This document shows, piece by piece, positions 12,461 through 25,636 of a stretch of 64,000 nucleotides of DNA. The stretch's first letter is position 1, and each line of letters opens with the position of its first letter. The notes under the pieces are model-generated. The model did not search any database, was not told the origin of the DNA, and worked only from the letters and a program-made list of their open reading frames with translations. Made by a program: the position numbers and the translations under genes. This DNA comes from Octopus vulgaris. Taxonomy: Eukaryota. The stretch is from contig OX597818.1 of the NCBI GenBank assembly GCA_951406725.2, positions 10,974,001 to 11,038,000 on the forward strand, written 5' to 3'.

Positions 12461-12848
12461 TAGGCGCAGGAGTGGCTGTGTGGTAAGTAGCTTGTTTACC
12501 AACCACACGGTTCCGGGTTCAGTCCCACTGCGTGGCACCTTGGGCAAGTGTCTTCTACTATAGCCCCGGGCTGACCAAAGCCTTGTGAGTGGATTTGGTA
12601 GACGGAAACTGAAAGAAGTCCATCATATATATGTATATGCGTGTCTGTGTTTGTCCCCCTAGCATTGCTTGACAACCGATGCTGGTGTGTTTATGTCCCC
12701 GTTACTTAGCGATTCGGCAAAAGAGATCGATAGAATAAGTACTGGGCTTACAAAAGAATAAGTCCCGGGGTCAAGTTGCTCGATTAAAGGTGGTGCTCCA
12801 GCATGGCCGCAGTCAAATGACTGAAACAAGTAAAAGAGTAAAAGAGAG
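12461..12848 (+). mobile_element. Young full-length tRNA-derived SINE family A
   Basis: ggcgcaggagtggctgtgtggtaag (A box) ..ccgggttcagtcccactgcgtggcaccttgggcaagtg (B box) ..tail gactgaaacaagtaaaagagtaaaagag; CpGs intact. Confidence 0.9.
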
Positions 12849-14399
12849 TGAGTAAGTTGAAAATAAGAAATAAAAAGAAAAAAGAAAAGCATACTGCAAC
12901 ACCTTATCCAACATTCAAACATTTCTACCAACACACTATCCTGGACTGGTACTTTATTATCAACCTCCAAAAAGATGAAAGGTAAAGATAATTTAAAGTC
13001 TACAAACAACTAGAACAAATACTGCAAGGCATTCTGTCATTCTATTTTTGAGTTACGTGCTGAGATTATCAACTTCTCTTTGTCAAACAGCTAAGTTACA
13101 CTTTGATTTTGATAGGCCGTGTCAAACTTAATAGCGCCACCTGGTAGATAAAAGCAGAGTATTTTTCATGACATAAAAGCAGAGTATTTTTCAAATTGTG
13201 TCAACAGAAGAATAGACAGATACATGCATAGATACATATCTACATATGAACACTTTCTATCTACCAGTTTCATTAATGTTGGTGTCATATTAAAATACAG
13301 TCAGTACATCCAAAAAGTACTTGAAATAACAGATGGAGAGAACCTTGAGTTTTGTCTAAGACAAGACAACCTCTCTGATGTTGGTGCTATGCTGATAAAA
13401 TGCACTCAATGCACTCTGTAGAGTGGCTGGTATTAGGAATGGCACCCAATAGTAGAAATCAAGCCAAAATGGAGCATTCAGATGAAAATTGTTTCTCTAA
13501 GCCTTCTGGATAATAACTCTGAATAAGAATGGACTTGAGCTATGATAATCTGTTCACTCTATACCTGCATGGAAAGTAGATAGAAACTGAAGATGATGTA
13601 TGTATGTGTGTGTGTGTGTATCTATATGGTAGTGAGCATGAATTGGTATTTGTGGATATATGAGTCATTTGTATGTATGCTTGTAGAAGCATGCTTTTCA
13701 ATGGACATGTATGCACATTTCTGTGTATGCATGTGCATCTGTGTGTCTCTGTTTCATTATATGAATGTGTGTGCATTTGATTATATAACTGTGTGTATGC
13801 CTCTGTATTTGATTATATACATGTGCATGTGTGTGTTTGCACTTAGGCATACACTGGAGAGTACACATTGCAGTCTAACTCTAACATACACTTAAAGCCT
13901 GACCCAAACCCAAACCCTAGCAGCATATATGATTAATACAACTCCCCTCCTGTCTATCTCACCCAACAGTAATTGCCAGTAATAGACTACTTGTAATATT
14001 TCCTTTGTTCTGGCAACTTCTTCCGGAGTAAAATCTGTTCTGGAAGCTGTGATGTCATTCTAGCAAGAAATCTAAAACCTTTAAGTATTTTCTGCTGACT
14101 TTTTCTTTCTGGCTTTCAATCGCTGCTATTTTATATCCCTCCCCAAACCTAATCCTATCCCTCATCAACTCCCACTCATGAACACCCCCACGCCCATCAC
14201 ATACCACTAACCATAACCCTTCCTCCAGCTCCAGATGGTTTTTGCTGTTTTGCTCTAGTTTTTGGGTTTTAGCTTTTAAATATTTTAATGTTTCAAAACT
14301 TAACTTTTTCAATTATTTTTATTTTATTTTATGATTATATTCATTTGTTGACTCAGTTCAGCAATTATGACTCTGTGTGTGTGCGAGAGAGAGAGATAG

Positions 14400-14506
14400 A
14401 TAAATGTATATGTGTTTAGAAGTCTGCCTGTGCATATATGTGTGTGTGTGTGTGTATGTACTTGTAATGTACATGTGTGTATATATATATTATAGATGTG
14501 TGTGTG

Positions 14507-14549
<43 letters not shown>

Positions 14550-14806
14550 CGATAGGTGAATGAATTATCCTATGTTTACCGTCAACATGGAAAATTCGAT
14601 GAACCGATACCAAGGTAGCAAATTCCCGTCAGAAACACGGTTGAAGCGACCTATCCAAAGGTAGAAACTCCAGGTTCATGTGCAGAAATTTGTGTGTTAT
14701 ATATGAATGAATAATTATTATATGAATATTTATTCATTCATATATATATATATATATACACACACATATATATATATATATATACATATATAGGTATGTG
14801 TGTGCA

Positions 14807-14856
<50 letters not shown>

Positions 14857-14990
14857 TACATATATAGGTATGTGTGTGCATGCATATATATATATATATA
14901 TGTGTGTGTGCGCATATATATATGTACATGTACATATATACTCAATACACATATATATGCATAAAATATCTACATATACTTGTATATAAT
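14400..14990. repeat. Compound TA/TG/CA microsatellite with an embedded ~200-bp non-simple insert (14545-14746)
   Basis: Directly visible; includes a local duplication of tacatatataggtatgtgtgtgcatgcata. Confidence 0.85.
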
Positions 14991-15490
14991 ATCTATGGAC
15001 ACCTGTATAGCTGTGTGTATGTGTATATATGTATAGCAGCAGCAGCACTAACACTCTCCCGGATATACTGGTGTTAGTAAATCCTTTGTGGGTTCTTGGC
15101 TATGGTTTGTGTGTATTGTAAACAAGAGAATATTATTTTATATATAAAGTGTCAAGAAAAAAAAAATGTTACATCTACTACAATCAGAGTGAAAATAAAC
15201 TAGGAAAGTATTTGAAAGTTGGTCAATCAGCAAGAAGAGAGACTTCTCGTTCACAGCACAGGATGATATTTCAGGCTATGACAGACATTTAAAGAGAATA
15301 TGGAATAACAGGAATGAACAACACAAGGTAGCAGTGAAAGGTAGTTGTCACTCTCTTGTCCAAGATAACCAGCCAATCCAATGAGGAATAATCCGAGCTA
15401 GTTCGAGAGCTCTTGGATTATGAGTGGATGTTTAACCCTTATGTCAAATGTAATGCTTATTTATTTACATTGTTTCAATTTAATGATGCA

Positions 15491-15830
15491 GAAGGTGGAT
15501 GGCTCGGTGGTTAGAGCGTCGAGCATATGATCATGAGGTTGTGAGTTTGATTCCTGAACCGGGCTGCGTGTTGTGTTCTTGAGCAAGACACTTTATTTCA
15601 CATTGCTCCACTTCACTCAGCTGTAGAAATGAGCTGCGACGTCACTGGTGCCAAGCTGTATCGGTCTTTGCCTTTCCCTTGGATAACATCGGTGGTGTGG
15701 AGAGAGGAGGCTGGTATGCATGGGCGACTGCTGGCCTTCCATAAACAACCTTGCCCAGACTTGTACCTCGGAGGGTAACTTTCTAGGTGCAATCCCATGG
15801 TCATTCATGACCGAAGGGTGTCTCCCACTC
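15491..15830 (+). mobile_element. tRNA-derived SINE family D
   Basis: tggctcggtggttagagcg (A box), gagtttgattcc (B box), ttgagcaagacactttatttcac core; related copy on the minus strand at 57930-58243. Confidence 0.85.
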
Positions 15831-15969
15831 TCTCCCACTTTGTGGCTTTGAGATTTTGATGAGGTGACTTAATTTTTAGAATGATATTGTAGCGTTAATG
15901 CAAGAGGTCAGATTTGACCAGTTTGAACATAAGACAGGTAGAATATTTTGACCAGATATGGTCAATTTG

Positions 15970-16292
15970 TGAAGGTGCATGGCTTGGTGGTCAGGGTATT
16001 CAGCTCACAATCATAAGGGCATGAGTTTGATTCCTGGCTGTGCATTATATCCTTGAGCAAGACGTTTTATTTTATGTTGCTCCAGTCCACTCAGCTGGCA
16101 AAAATGAGTTGTACCTATATTCCTAAGGGACCGGCCTTGTCACATACTGTATCATGCTAAATCTCCCTGAGAACTACTTTAAGGATACACACATCTGTGG
16201 AATGCTCAGCCACTTGCACGTTAGTTTCACAAGTAGGCTGTTTCATTGATTGGACCAACTGGAACCCTTGTTATCATAACCAATGGGGTACT
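15970..16292 (+). mobile_element. tRNA-derived SINE family C
   Basis: tggcttggtggtcagggt (A box), gagtttgattcc (B box); shares its core with family D but has a different 3' half; related copies at 42205-42505 and 51968-52291. Confidence 0.85.
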
Positions 16293-16534
16293 AATTTTAT
16301 TGTTGTTTAAATACTAAAGGGTTAAAAGACTAGAAATAGTAACAGAATCTCCCTCAGTTTATATCCTGATGCCTTAAAAAGGGAAGAAAGTCTTAACAGC
16401 ATCATTTCATAATGACCTATTTTTAATTTTTTTTTTGTTTTTTTGACAATTCCTTTGTCTCAGGTCTTTATTGTATTTTATGATTTATATTAAAATAACT
16501 ACAATATACCTTGTCATATCCCAAAACTGGCAGT

Positions 16535-16932
16535 CTTTATCTTTTATCTGTTTCAGTCATCAGACTGTGACCATGTTGGGGGCACTGCCTTGAAGGATTT
16601 TAGTCAAATGAATTGACCCCAGTCCTCATTTTCATTTTAAGCCTGATACTTATTCTATCGGTCTCTTTTTACTGGATTGCTAAGTTACAGGGACATAAAC
16701 ACACCAACACTGGTTGTCAAATGGTGGTGGAAGTCAAATGCATGCATGCACCCCCCCACACACATACTTGGTGGACTTCTTTCAGTTTCCATCTACCAAA
16801 TCTACTCACAAGGCTTTGATTAACCTAAGGCTATAGTGTAGAAGGCACTTTGCCCAAGGTGCCACGCATTGGGACTGAACTCAGACCCATGTGATTGGGG
16901 AGCAAACTTCATACCACACAGCTACACCTGTA
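16535..16932 (-). mobile_element. SINE family A
   Basis: Reverse-complement match to 12461-12848. Confidence 0.8.
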
Positions 16933-17364
16933 AGCAAAAATTAAATAAATTGTGACACCAAATACTATCTAAACACCATCAACTGATCAGTGGTCGACAA
17001 AAAACATTGAAATTTAAAAAAATTTTTTAAATGCTTAGAGACCCACTGGGAATAACATCTCAATGACTTAATTGTTCTTCATAATTGCTCAGTCTACTAA
17101 AAAAGATCCAGCTAATCTCTTTTAAAACTTTCTTGTCATTGTCAGGTAATGAAAGTGTTGGTGGGGTGTGGTATGAATGCTCTTTACTTGGTTCTTTTAT
17201 ACAGCTTATTCTGAGGGAGAGAGAGAAAGACAGACAGACATTGTGGAGAAACCAACTACAGTACCTGACTGGATTTGAGATACCAAACCAACAAAGGAAT
17301 TCATAAGTTGTCACTTAACCTTCCAGAAATAGCAACAAGCTACCATTATATTACACACTATCAT

Positions 17365-17578
17365 CTTTTCTACTCTAGGCACAAGGCCTGAAATTTTGGA
17401 GGAGTGGCCCACTCAATTAGATTGACCCCAGTAGGCAACTGGTACTTAATTTATCGACCCTAAAAGGATGAAAAGCAAAGTCAACCTTGACGGAATTTGA
17501 ACTCAGAATGTAAAGACAGACAAAATACTGCTAAGCATTTCACCCAGTGTGCTAACGTTTCTGTCAGCTTGCCACCTT
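17365..17578 (-). mobile_element. SINE family B
   Basis: ttctactctaggcacaaggcctgaaatt..gaatttgaactcag..gtcagcttgccacc. Confidence 0.8.
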
Positions 17579-17609
17579 TCGTCTTAAAAAAGGAATGTTG
17601 CTCTAAAGC

Positions 17610-17867
17610 CACTGGTTTTCAGTTAGGGTCCATATGGCCCTTGGGAGTCCATATGAGATTTTGTTAAACATTGTGTGCAATAAATTGGTTATACTTGTAC
17701 AATATATAAAATATTTTCGCAGCTTTTTGTACATTTCCTTATAATATTTAATTATCACATAAAAATACTATAGGATTTTTGTAAACATGGAATGACTATG
17801 GGGGTCTATCTGAATAAAATAGCAATCAAAGGAGTCCAAAGGTAAAAAAAATGGTTGAGAACCACTA
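17610..17867. mobile_element. hAT (Charlie-like) MITE
   Basis: Termini cactggttttcag and ttgagaaccacta approximate CAGTGGTTCTCAA TIRs; flanks ctctaaa(g)c and ctctaaac approximate an 8-bp TSD. Confidence 0.65.
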
Positions 17868-18850
17868 CTCTAAACCTATGAGGGAGTCTATATCTTGTTA
17901 CTTGTCCTACTAGAAATAGCAGCAAATTACGTTTCATAAATTACATTCTACCAACAATATTATACACAGTGGATATTGTAGTTCTAGATATTCATAGTTC
18001 AGCCTGAGAAAAAAGACAGGATGACCACTGCTAAAATGCTATAGATTGTAGATCAGTTGGATCAGGGATTACCTGCAGGCAAACAAGAACAACAACAGCA
18101 AAGATACAGTGTATTATGTGATTCTAAATAGGCAACAACAATAACCTATATAATCTTTGGATTTTTGGTAGTTCTGAAACCTGAGACCTGAGACTTCCGT
18201 TCTCTGAGTTGCTGAAAAGGGTTGTAACTGAACATTTGGTAGTTATGGACTGGTTGTTCTCTGATGTCTCAAATACCTCTACCCCAACCCACCACCAAAA
18301 GAAAAAAAAATGTCAGCAAAGGAGTTGGAAAAGAAAATGAAGAAAAAAAGAAAGAAAGAAAGAAGTTGTATTCAGAAATGGTTAAATTTTCATGATTTTT
18401 TCAAACATCTTGAGTATTTCCAGCCATCTTAACAGGTACTGGTTGGATGGGTGCACATCAACACCATCATTTAACATCCATGTTCCATCTTATGTGGAAA
18501 AATTTTTTTATAAATATACTTATGTGTGTCCATAGGTGAATATATATATATATGTGTGTGTACGTGTTTGTATGTGTGTGTGTGCACACATTTGTGTGTG
18601 TGTGTGTGTGTGTTTGTGTGTGTATATGTATTTATGTATTTTAATATATAAGTTGGTGAGTTGGCACGCTGAGAAAAATGCTTAGGGGCATTTTGTCTGT
18701 TTTTACATTCTGGGTTCAAATTCTGCCAAGGTTGATTTTGCCTTTCATTTCTTAGGGGCTTGATTAGATAAGCACTAGTTGAACACTGGAACCAATGTAA
18801 ACATCTTACATCCTTCCACAAACTTACTGGTCTTGTGCCAAAATTTGAAA

Positions 18851-18914
<64 letters not shown>

Positions 18915-19084
18915 TATATGTGTATGTATGTATCATCATAATCATCATTTAACATCTAAAAACAAGGACACAGTCATGCATATATGCACACTCAACATTT
19001 CCAGAAATTAGTTTTGCTGGGTTGGGCATTCCATGTTGAGAATTGCATATTGCTGATCATGGTAATCCCTTCTTATTTGTTCCA

Positions 19085-19720
19085 TGCAATTCAGGGTCCT
19101 AAGATCACCATTTCGTTCCATGTCTTCCTGGGTCTCCCTCTTTCACAAGCATCAATCATATTGAGTGATTGGTGTTTCATTATACAGCCATCCCCATCTA
19201 TATGCATTGCAAGCTATTGCAGTGTTCTTTCTTGCACACTACATCTGATACCTCTTATGTCCAGTTTTTCTCTCAGTTCATTCTTACTCTGCTGTTTAAT
19301 CACACTTACCTTGTACATTCAGTGCAGCATGCTTGTATCATTCCATTGCAGTCTTTTCGAGTCCTCTGTATTCAAGGTCTATATCTGACCATCATTCAGC
19401 ATTGCAGTTCTAACATAAGTGTCATACAATCTGCCCTTCACACTGTGGAAAAGGATCTTTGTTTCCAGCTGTAGTAGTAGCTCCCTGAACTTTGACCAAT
19501 CCATTCTTACTCTGGTTGCTATACTTTCAGAGCAACCACCTCTTTTGCTAATTACTATTCCTAGGTAACAAAAGCTGTCATCTACTTCTAGTCAGCCATT
19601 TGGGTATTTAAGGAAATCTATTTTCAATGTGTCCATAGTATATTATACTCCAGTGCTCCTATCACATATGAAGCTTACATTTTCTGATTGTCTACATGTC
19701 TTGTTTGTTCATAGCTTACA
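19085..19720 (-). pseudogene. RTE-clade LINE ORF 3' fragment
   Basis: Minus strand gives EVDDSFCYLG, GGCSESIATRVRMDWSKFRELL, VKGRLYDTYVRTAML and RGRPRKTW, typical of RTE C-termini. Confidence 0.85.
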
Positions 19721-20006
19721 TTGGAGTACAACATAAGTCTTGACTACCTTCTACCTACTTTCTGTTCTCACTGTAATCTCTATAACAGACACTTTGCTGT
19801 CCTCTCAATGGGTGTACCGCAGGTGTTCTCAAACATGTGATATCATGAATTCCTACTTGATAGATATGAAAAGAAGTTTCTGTACATCTTGATATTGCTG
19901 AAACTGCATAGTAAACCCAACCATCTGTGAAGGTGGCTATTTACCATGTGTTTTAAGCCCCCTATTGTGGGGGACTTCATACTGTAGTAGGGGCCAGAGT
20001 ATTCTT

Positions 20007-20318
20007 TTACTGATTCTCCTTCTTTGGTTTTGGTGAATGAGTGAGTTTAAATTTGCTGCCCTCTGTTGTGTTCCTTGCCATGGAATAGGCGTATCTAAAA
20101 TTCTCGACTAGGAAGTTCACTTGCATTTTGAAGACATCTACATCCACACCATGTAAGCCTCTGATGTCCTTTGGAAGAATATTGAAAAAAGCTATGAAAA
20201 TGCTTTTGAGCCCTAAGCTATTGTAATATCTGGTCCTAGATCTGGATGGCAAGGATATGATCTTTGGCGCTTTGTAGTAGTACACTAGTTGAGAATTAGC
20301 ATATTCTATTTGACTCAT
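20007..20318 (-). pseudogene. CR1-like LINE ORF2 C-terminal fragment
   Basis: RTRYYNSLG..FNILPKDIRGLHGVDVDVFK resembles the (W/F)N.LP..IR....FK motif at CR1-group ORF2 ends. Confidence 0.7.
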
Positions 20319-20766
20319 TGTATGAACTTGTTGATCTTAATACAAGCAATTCTCTTTCTATACTGTCTTTATCTTTCTCTCTCTCTCTCTCATTTGATAC
20401 ATGTAGATTTTCCCCTTTTCACTCTTTTTCTCATTTAAAAGCAATTACCTTACTCTGGTCTTAACATACATATACTCTCTCTTTTCCCTGTCTTCTAGCT
20501 CATACTCAATTCTCTCTTCTTTAACATAAACTTCTCTGGTTCTCTCTTGATATAGACAACCCACTACCTTCCTCTCTCTCTCACTCTGTCTTACACACAC
20601 ACACTCACACACAGTATTTTCAAGAGACGATATTAGGATTCTTTTCTCAAAAACATTACCCACTCAAATATTGAAACTGTATCACTGATCTATCTGATTT
20701 GAGTTCTTACTACATGTGATAGTAGTCATTGCAGAAATCATCGTAAAAATAATGTGAGTGTGTGTA

Positions 20767-20814
<48 letters not shown>

Positions 20815-20994
20815 TATGTATGTATGTATGTATGTATGTATGTATGTATATATTAGCAACTTATAATGCAAAAGAATATTTCTAAACGTGTTTATATACT
20901 TTTTTCTACAAGTCATCACATTTGTGCATGTGTATGTTTTTGGAACTCACATATAATGAGGCATATATATGTGTGTGTGTGTATATATACATAC

Positions 20995-21037
<43 letters not shown>

Positions 21038-22109
21038 TTGATAGATATATGTTTGACATAGGCATCTCTTCAAAAAACGCATACACGCATGCGTTAAATA
21101 TTTATGGGTTTTATAATCAATAACCTGGGTAGTCATTGAGGCATGGATGTGTGTGTGTGTGTGTGAGTATGTGCATGAATGTGTGTGTGAGCCATCTGCA
21201 TATGTCTGTGTGTGTTTTGCTATTTCCAGGTTTTTTATTTATTTATTTAATCTTATTTGAATAAAAAATATCTAAAAATTCAAAAAAATATCAGCGCCAC
21301 CACTATTTCATCATCATTCCTACCACTACTATTGTTGATGTTGTCATCATTACCATCATTATCATCATCATCATATTCACATTTATTACTCATCCACACA
21401 TATCCACTTGTATTTCAATGACTAGAATTTCTAAATAAAAAAAAAAGCTGGCGTTTTTGCAATAATTGACTGAATAGAAAAAATAATTACGGAAACCCTG
21501 CAGTGTCAACAATGTTGTTGTTGCTGTTGTTGCTTCAATATAAGAGGTTGCATCTTTTATTTGTTTATCTTGCTTTGGCTGTTTCGATTTGTTTGCTATC
21601 TGCTCTTGATTCTTGATTCCATTAAGAAAAAAAACAACAAAAAACAAAGAAAGGAAGAAAGAAATCAGTGATGCATGACGATTATTGATAAATCCCCCCA
21701 AAATCACTGAAAATTTGATAACATCTCTGAAGAGAAGCTGTATGACATGATGGCAAGTGGCAACCTTTATTTATTCAAGAGGTTATTTGGGGTTTACCAT
21801 TGAAGGTCAATGTTATTCAACTATACAAGACATTTTCTGTTGAGAGGGAGAGAGAGAGAGAAAGAGAAAAAAGAAATGGTTGTAGTGGTTTTGGTTGTAT
21901 TTGGTGGTGATGTTAATAGTGGTGATGGTCGTGGTGGTGGTGACAGTTTTTGGAAACAGTGATGGTGGTGGTTGTAACAATGGTGTTGGTAACAGTACTT
22001 TTGGCAATTGTGGAAATGTTATTATTTATAGTGAAGGCCATTATCATTGGTTGGGTTAAGGATAGCGTGTATGTGAGCATGAGTAATATACAAACATTTA
22101 TATATACTT

Positions 22110-22560
22110 GGTTTATCCTTGTTGGCTGCTGTGGCTTTATCTCATATCTGAAATTTAGCTTCTCCTTTATGGTGATGGTGTTGAAGACTAAGCAGACCAA
22201 TTCTTGCATGGAAGGGTCAATGGCATTGACTGCATGGTAATGTTGGTAGAGGGACAAAGTTGATTTTGTTGAGACTTCCTCTCCTGTCAATTGATTTCTC
22301 ACTTTTTCTCTTCTGGTGGCTTTGAAGTTTTTGGTTCCAAAGGCAATGGCTCACTGCCAGTTGATATGGTATTGGCCTTATGTTTCAAACAATTTAAGCC
22401 CAAGTCCCGTGGCTTTCAATGTTGTTTTGAGTTGATCCTTGCATCTTTGAAGAGGGTAACCCCATGGTCTTTTCCTTGAAGTGAGTTCACTGAATATGAC
22501 TTAGCATGGGAACCATGACTCAGTTTAGACACATGTAGTAACTGTTATCCTGGGTTATAT
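22110..22560 (-). pseudogene. RTE/BovB-like LINE 3' end with terminal zinc-finger remnant
   Basis: Minus strand reads FSELTSRKRPWGYPLQRCKDQLKTTLKA with in-frame stops, then CSQCH*PFHARIGLLS. Confidence 0.75.
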
Positions 22561-23664
22561 GCATAAAAACATTTTAACAATACCTACGTACACTTTAAAT
22601 ATTTATACTGCTTAAAGCAAGCAACATGATCTGCTTCATGGTTCTTTGAGATATAACCTCTGGTTTGGACAACTCCATAGCGTTTTATTGATGTCTTAGT
22701 TTTCTTGTTTCTGTGGCAAATGCACACAGGTGTGGAAATAGTGAGTGACCTTCAAAACTTTAGTCTCACTTGGTCTTGCCATTCTCACTACATGTGTGTG
22801 TGTGTGTGCTTGGATATGAATAGATGTGTGTGTAAAGCAGTGAGCTGGCAGAATTGTTAGAATACTGGGCAAAATGCTGAGTGGCATCTCATCCCACTTT
22901 ACATTCTGAGTTCAACTCTGTCTTTTGCCTTTTCGGGGTTGATAAAATAAGTACTAGTTGAGCTCTGGGTCAATGTAATTAACTTAACCGCTCCCTCAAA
23001 ATTGCTGACATGGTGCCAAAATTTTAATTCAATGACTGGAATAAGTTGATCTAAAGTTTCATTGTGAGGGTGGGGTTGCATTCTTAAATGCTTGTATCTT
23101 ATCTAACACTTTATGAAATACTGCTGGTCTCTTAGTTACCACCAAATCAGTCTTAAGTCAGATTCTACCAAGCTGTCTGATTTGTCACATTAACTGTGGA
23201 TTCAACTCTTATTTTCTCTATCTCTCTTTCTCTCCTTGTGTGTTTAACAACCATGTCTCTATTTTATTAATGGCTGACTCAGAAGAAGAAATGCTCCACA
23301 ATTCTTTTCAGAGCCCCTAGAACTGGTAAAAAAAAAAAAAAAAAAAAAAAAGAGGAAGTTACCTTCAGACTAGACATCTAGTGCAAATACTTGATACAAT
23401 TTGAATTGCACTAAATACTTCTATATATTGAAAGACAGTTATTGTCCCATCTTTTTCTATGTCTATCTCTGCCTTTGCTACTTCTTATCTTGAGTACCTA
23501 AATTAGAAACCTTTATTATCAGTGTCCTACCACAGTTTAAGTGGCAAACTGTCAGACACCAGAATGTCATGTTGTATACCTTACTGTATTAATTCCAGCT
23601 CTGCATTCTAAATTTAAATTCTACTGAGATTACCTTGCTTATTTTCTTTTCCTTCAATCATTAG

Positions 23665-24080
23665 GCAATAAACTGCGCTTGCGAAGACCTGTTGAGGCAA
23701 GTGAAATCTTTGTTGTGGCCAATGACAGTATCGCCAGATTGGTACCCGAGCCTGTGGCTCGTTAAAAACACCATTCAAGCATGATCAATGCCAGTGCTGG
23801 CTGATTGGTCTTTTGCGGGGGCATGTGAAAAGCACCATTCAAGCATGGTCAGTGCCAGTACCACCTGACTGGCCTTCGTGCTGGTGGCACGTAAAAAGCA
23901 GCCACTACACTCGGAGTGGTTGGCATTAGGAAGGGCATCTAGCTGTAGAAACTTTACCAGATTGGATTAGAGCCTGGTGCAACCTTCTGGCTTGCCAGAT
24001 TCTAGTCAAACCATCCAACCTATACCAGCATGGAAAGCAGACGTTAAACGATGACAATGATGATGATGATGATGATGATG
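23665..24080 (+). mobile_element. RTE LINE 3' UTR/tail
   Basis: Internal repeats ggcacgtaaaaagca.., then ttggcattaggaagggcatc..gcatggaaagcagacgttaaacg and (GAT)n. Confidence 0.75.
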
Positions 24081-24384
24081 TCCTTAACTTTTTTTGTAAG
24101 ACAGTTCGATGTGATCTGACTGAGATTTGACTGTTTTTTCAAGCAACCATGTCCAAGCACCATTTGTTGCTTATCCAGAAGATCAGATCTGATCAAATAG
24201 AAGAGCTACAATCAAAGAATTCCATCCATGACCATCTCCCCTTATTTTCAGACAGTATATCAAAAAGCTGATAATTCAAAGTGTCCTCTTTTATTATAAA
24301 ATAGTAAGGTATGATTCGAGGGGAGTTCAGTTTTTACTTCTAGCAGGTTAAGTAACCACATAGAGACATAGTAGAGTTATTCAT

Positions 24385-24785
24385 TTATTCTTTTACTTGT
24401 TTCAGTCATTTGACTGCAGCCATGCTGGAGCATGCTTTAAAGGGTTTTAGTTGAACAAATCAACCCTAAGGCTTATTCTTCTTAAGTCTAGTACTTATTC
24501 TATCAAATCCTTTTGCTGAACCACTAAGTTGTGGGGGATGTAAACACACCAATATTGGTTGCCAAGTGATGGCGCGAGGATAAGCACAGGCACAAAGATC
24601 GCTATATATATACATATATACATGACAGGCTGCTTTTAGTTTCGGTCTACCAAACCCATTTACAAGGCTTTAGTTAGACCAAGGCTATAGTAGAAGACAC
24701 TTTTTCAAGGTGCCATGCAGTAGGACTGAACCTAGAACCATGTAGTTGGGAAGCAAGCTTACCACAGGGCCAAACCTGCACCTAT
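24385..24785 (-). mobile_element. SINE family A
   Basis: Reverse-complement match to 12461-12848. Confidence 0.8.
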
Positions 24786-25636
24786 AGTTATAAAAGCTAA
24801 GTACCACCACCATAATTTTAAGGGAGAATGCCTGTGCTTAAAGAGTGTGTGTGAAAAGTAATTCTTGGTACTACTGTCCTTACATACCAGCACTAACTTT
24901 AACCCTTGACTTCAGTATCTTCCCTGTCACTTTCTTCTCTTATCCTTCAATTTTTTGTTTTTTGTCTTCCCCAAATGGTAGGGTGAGGTGAAAGTGAAGG
25001 TTGATGAAGAGGAGAGAGGAGGCCCTCTGGGGAATAAACATACTCACTGGCTGGCTGGATTGCTGGGTTGGTTCAGTATGTTTGTTGACTTCTATTACAG
25101 ACTGTGAGTCCATTGGAGAGGAAAACAGCTAATTATGATTATACAGGGACACAGAGTGAAGATAGTGTTGGTGATAGTAGTGGCAATGGTGGCAGTGGTG
25201 CTGCTGTTGGGTAACAAACAGATTGGAGGGAGTAGTAAGTAATTGGAAGTGGGAGAGAGAGGGAGTGGAGAAGAGTCAAAGGTCAATAGGGAAAATAGGA
25301 AAAAAATAACAGTCAGGACAAACAAAGCAAGCTAAATGCATTTCACTAAGCCAGATACAAAAACAAACATAACATTAAATGTTGACAATTTATGGTGGTG
25401 GCAACAGTGTTGATGATGATGATGATGATGATGACCTTTTGTATTTGATTTCTGTACAAAGAAATCTATTTTCAAGTGTTAGCTTACAGCAGAGTGGCTG
25501 TATGGTATTTTCAGAAGTGTCTGTGTGTGTGTGTGTGTGTGTACAAGTGCATGTGTACATGCATGAGAGAAAGATTTGTGTGATTATCTATATGTCTGTG
25601 TGTCTGTCTTTGCAGGTCTGAGACAGAGAGACTGTG

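Larger units (their letters stand above)
15436..16321 (+). mobile_element. TTAA MITE split by two SINE insertions
   Basis: ttaa|cccttatgtcaaatgtaatgc at 15436, middle part at ~15840-15968, end tactaaaggg|ttaa at 16321. Confidence 0.7.

Noticed and set aside
12461-12540. tRNA gene calls for SINE heads (families A-D)
   Set aside because: They have A/B boxes but run straight into multi-copy SINE bodies without a proper acceptor stem or terminator.
13875-14220. Degenerate (TAACCC)-like telomeric strings
   Set aside because: Only a few imperfect units; not enough to call an interstitial telomere.
16988-17048. cagtggtc..gacccactg as a tiny hAT MITE
   Set aside because: Imperfect short TIRs and no TSD.
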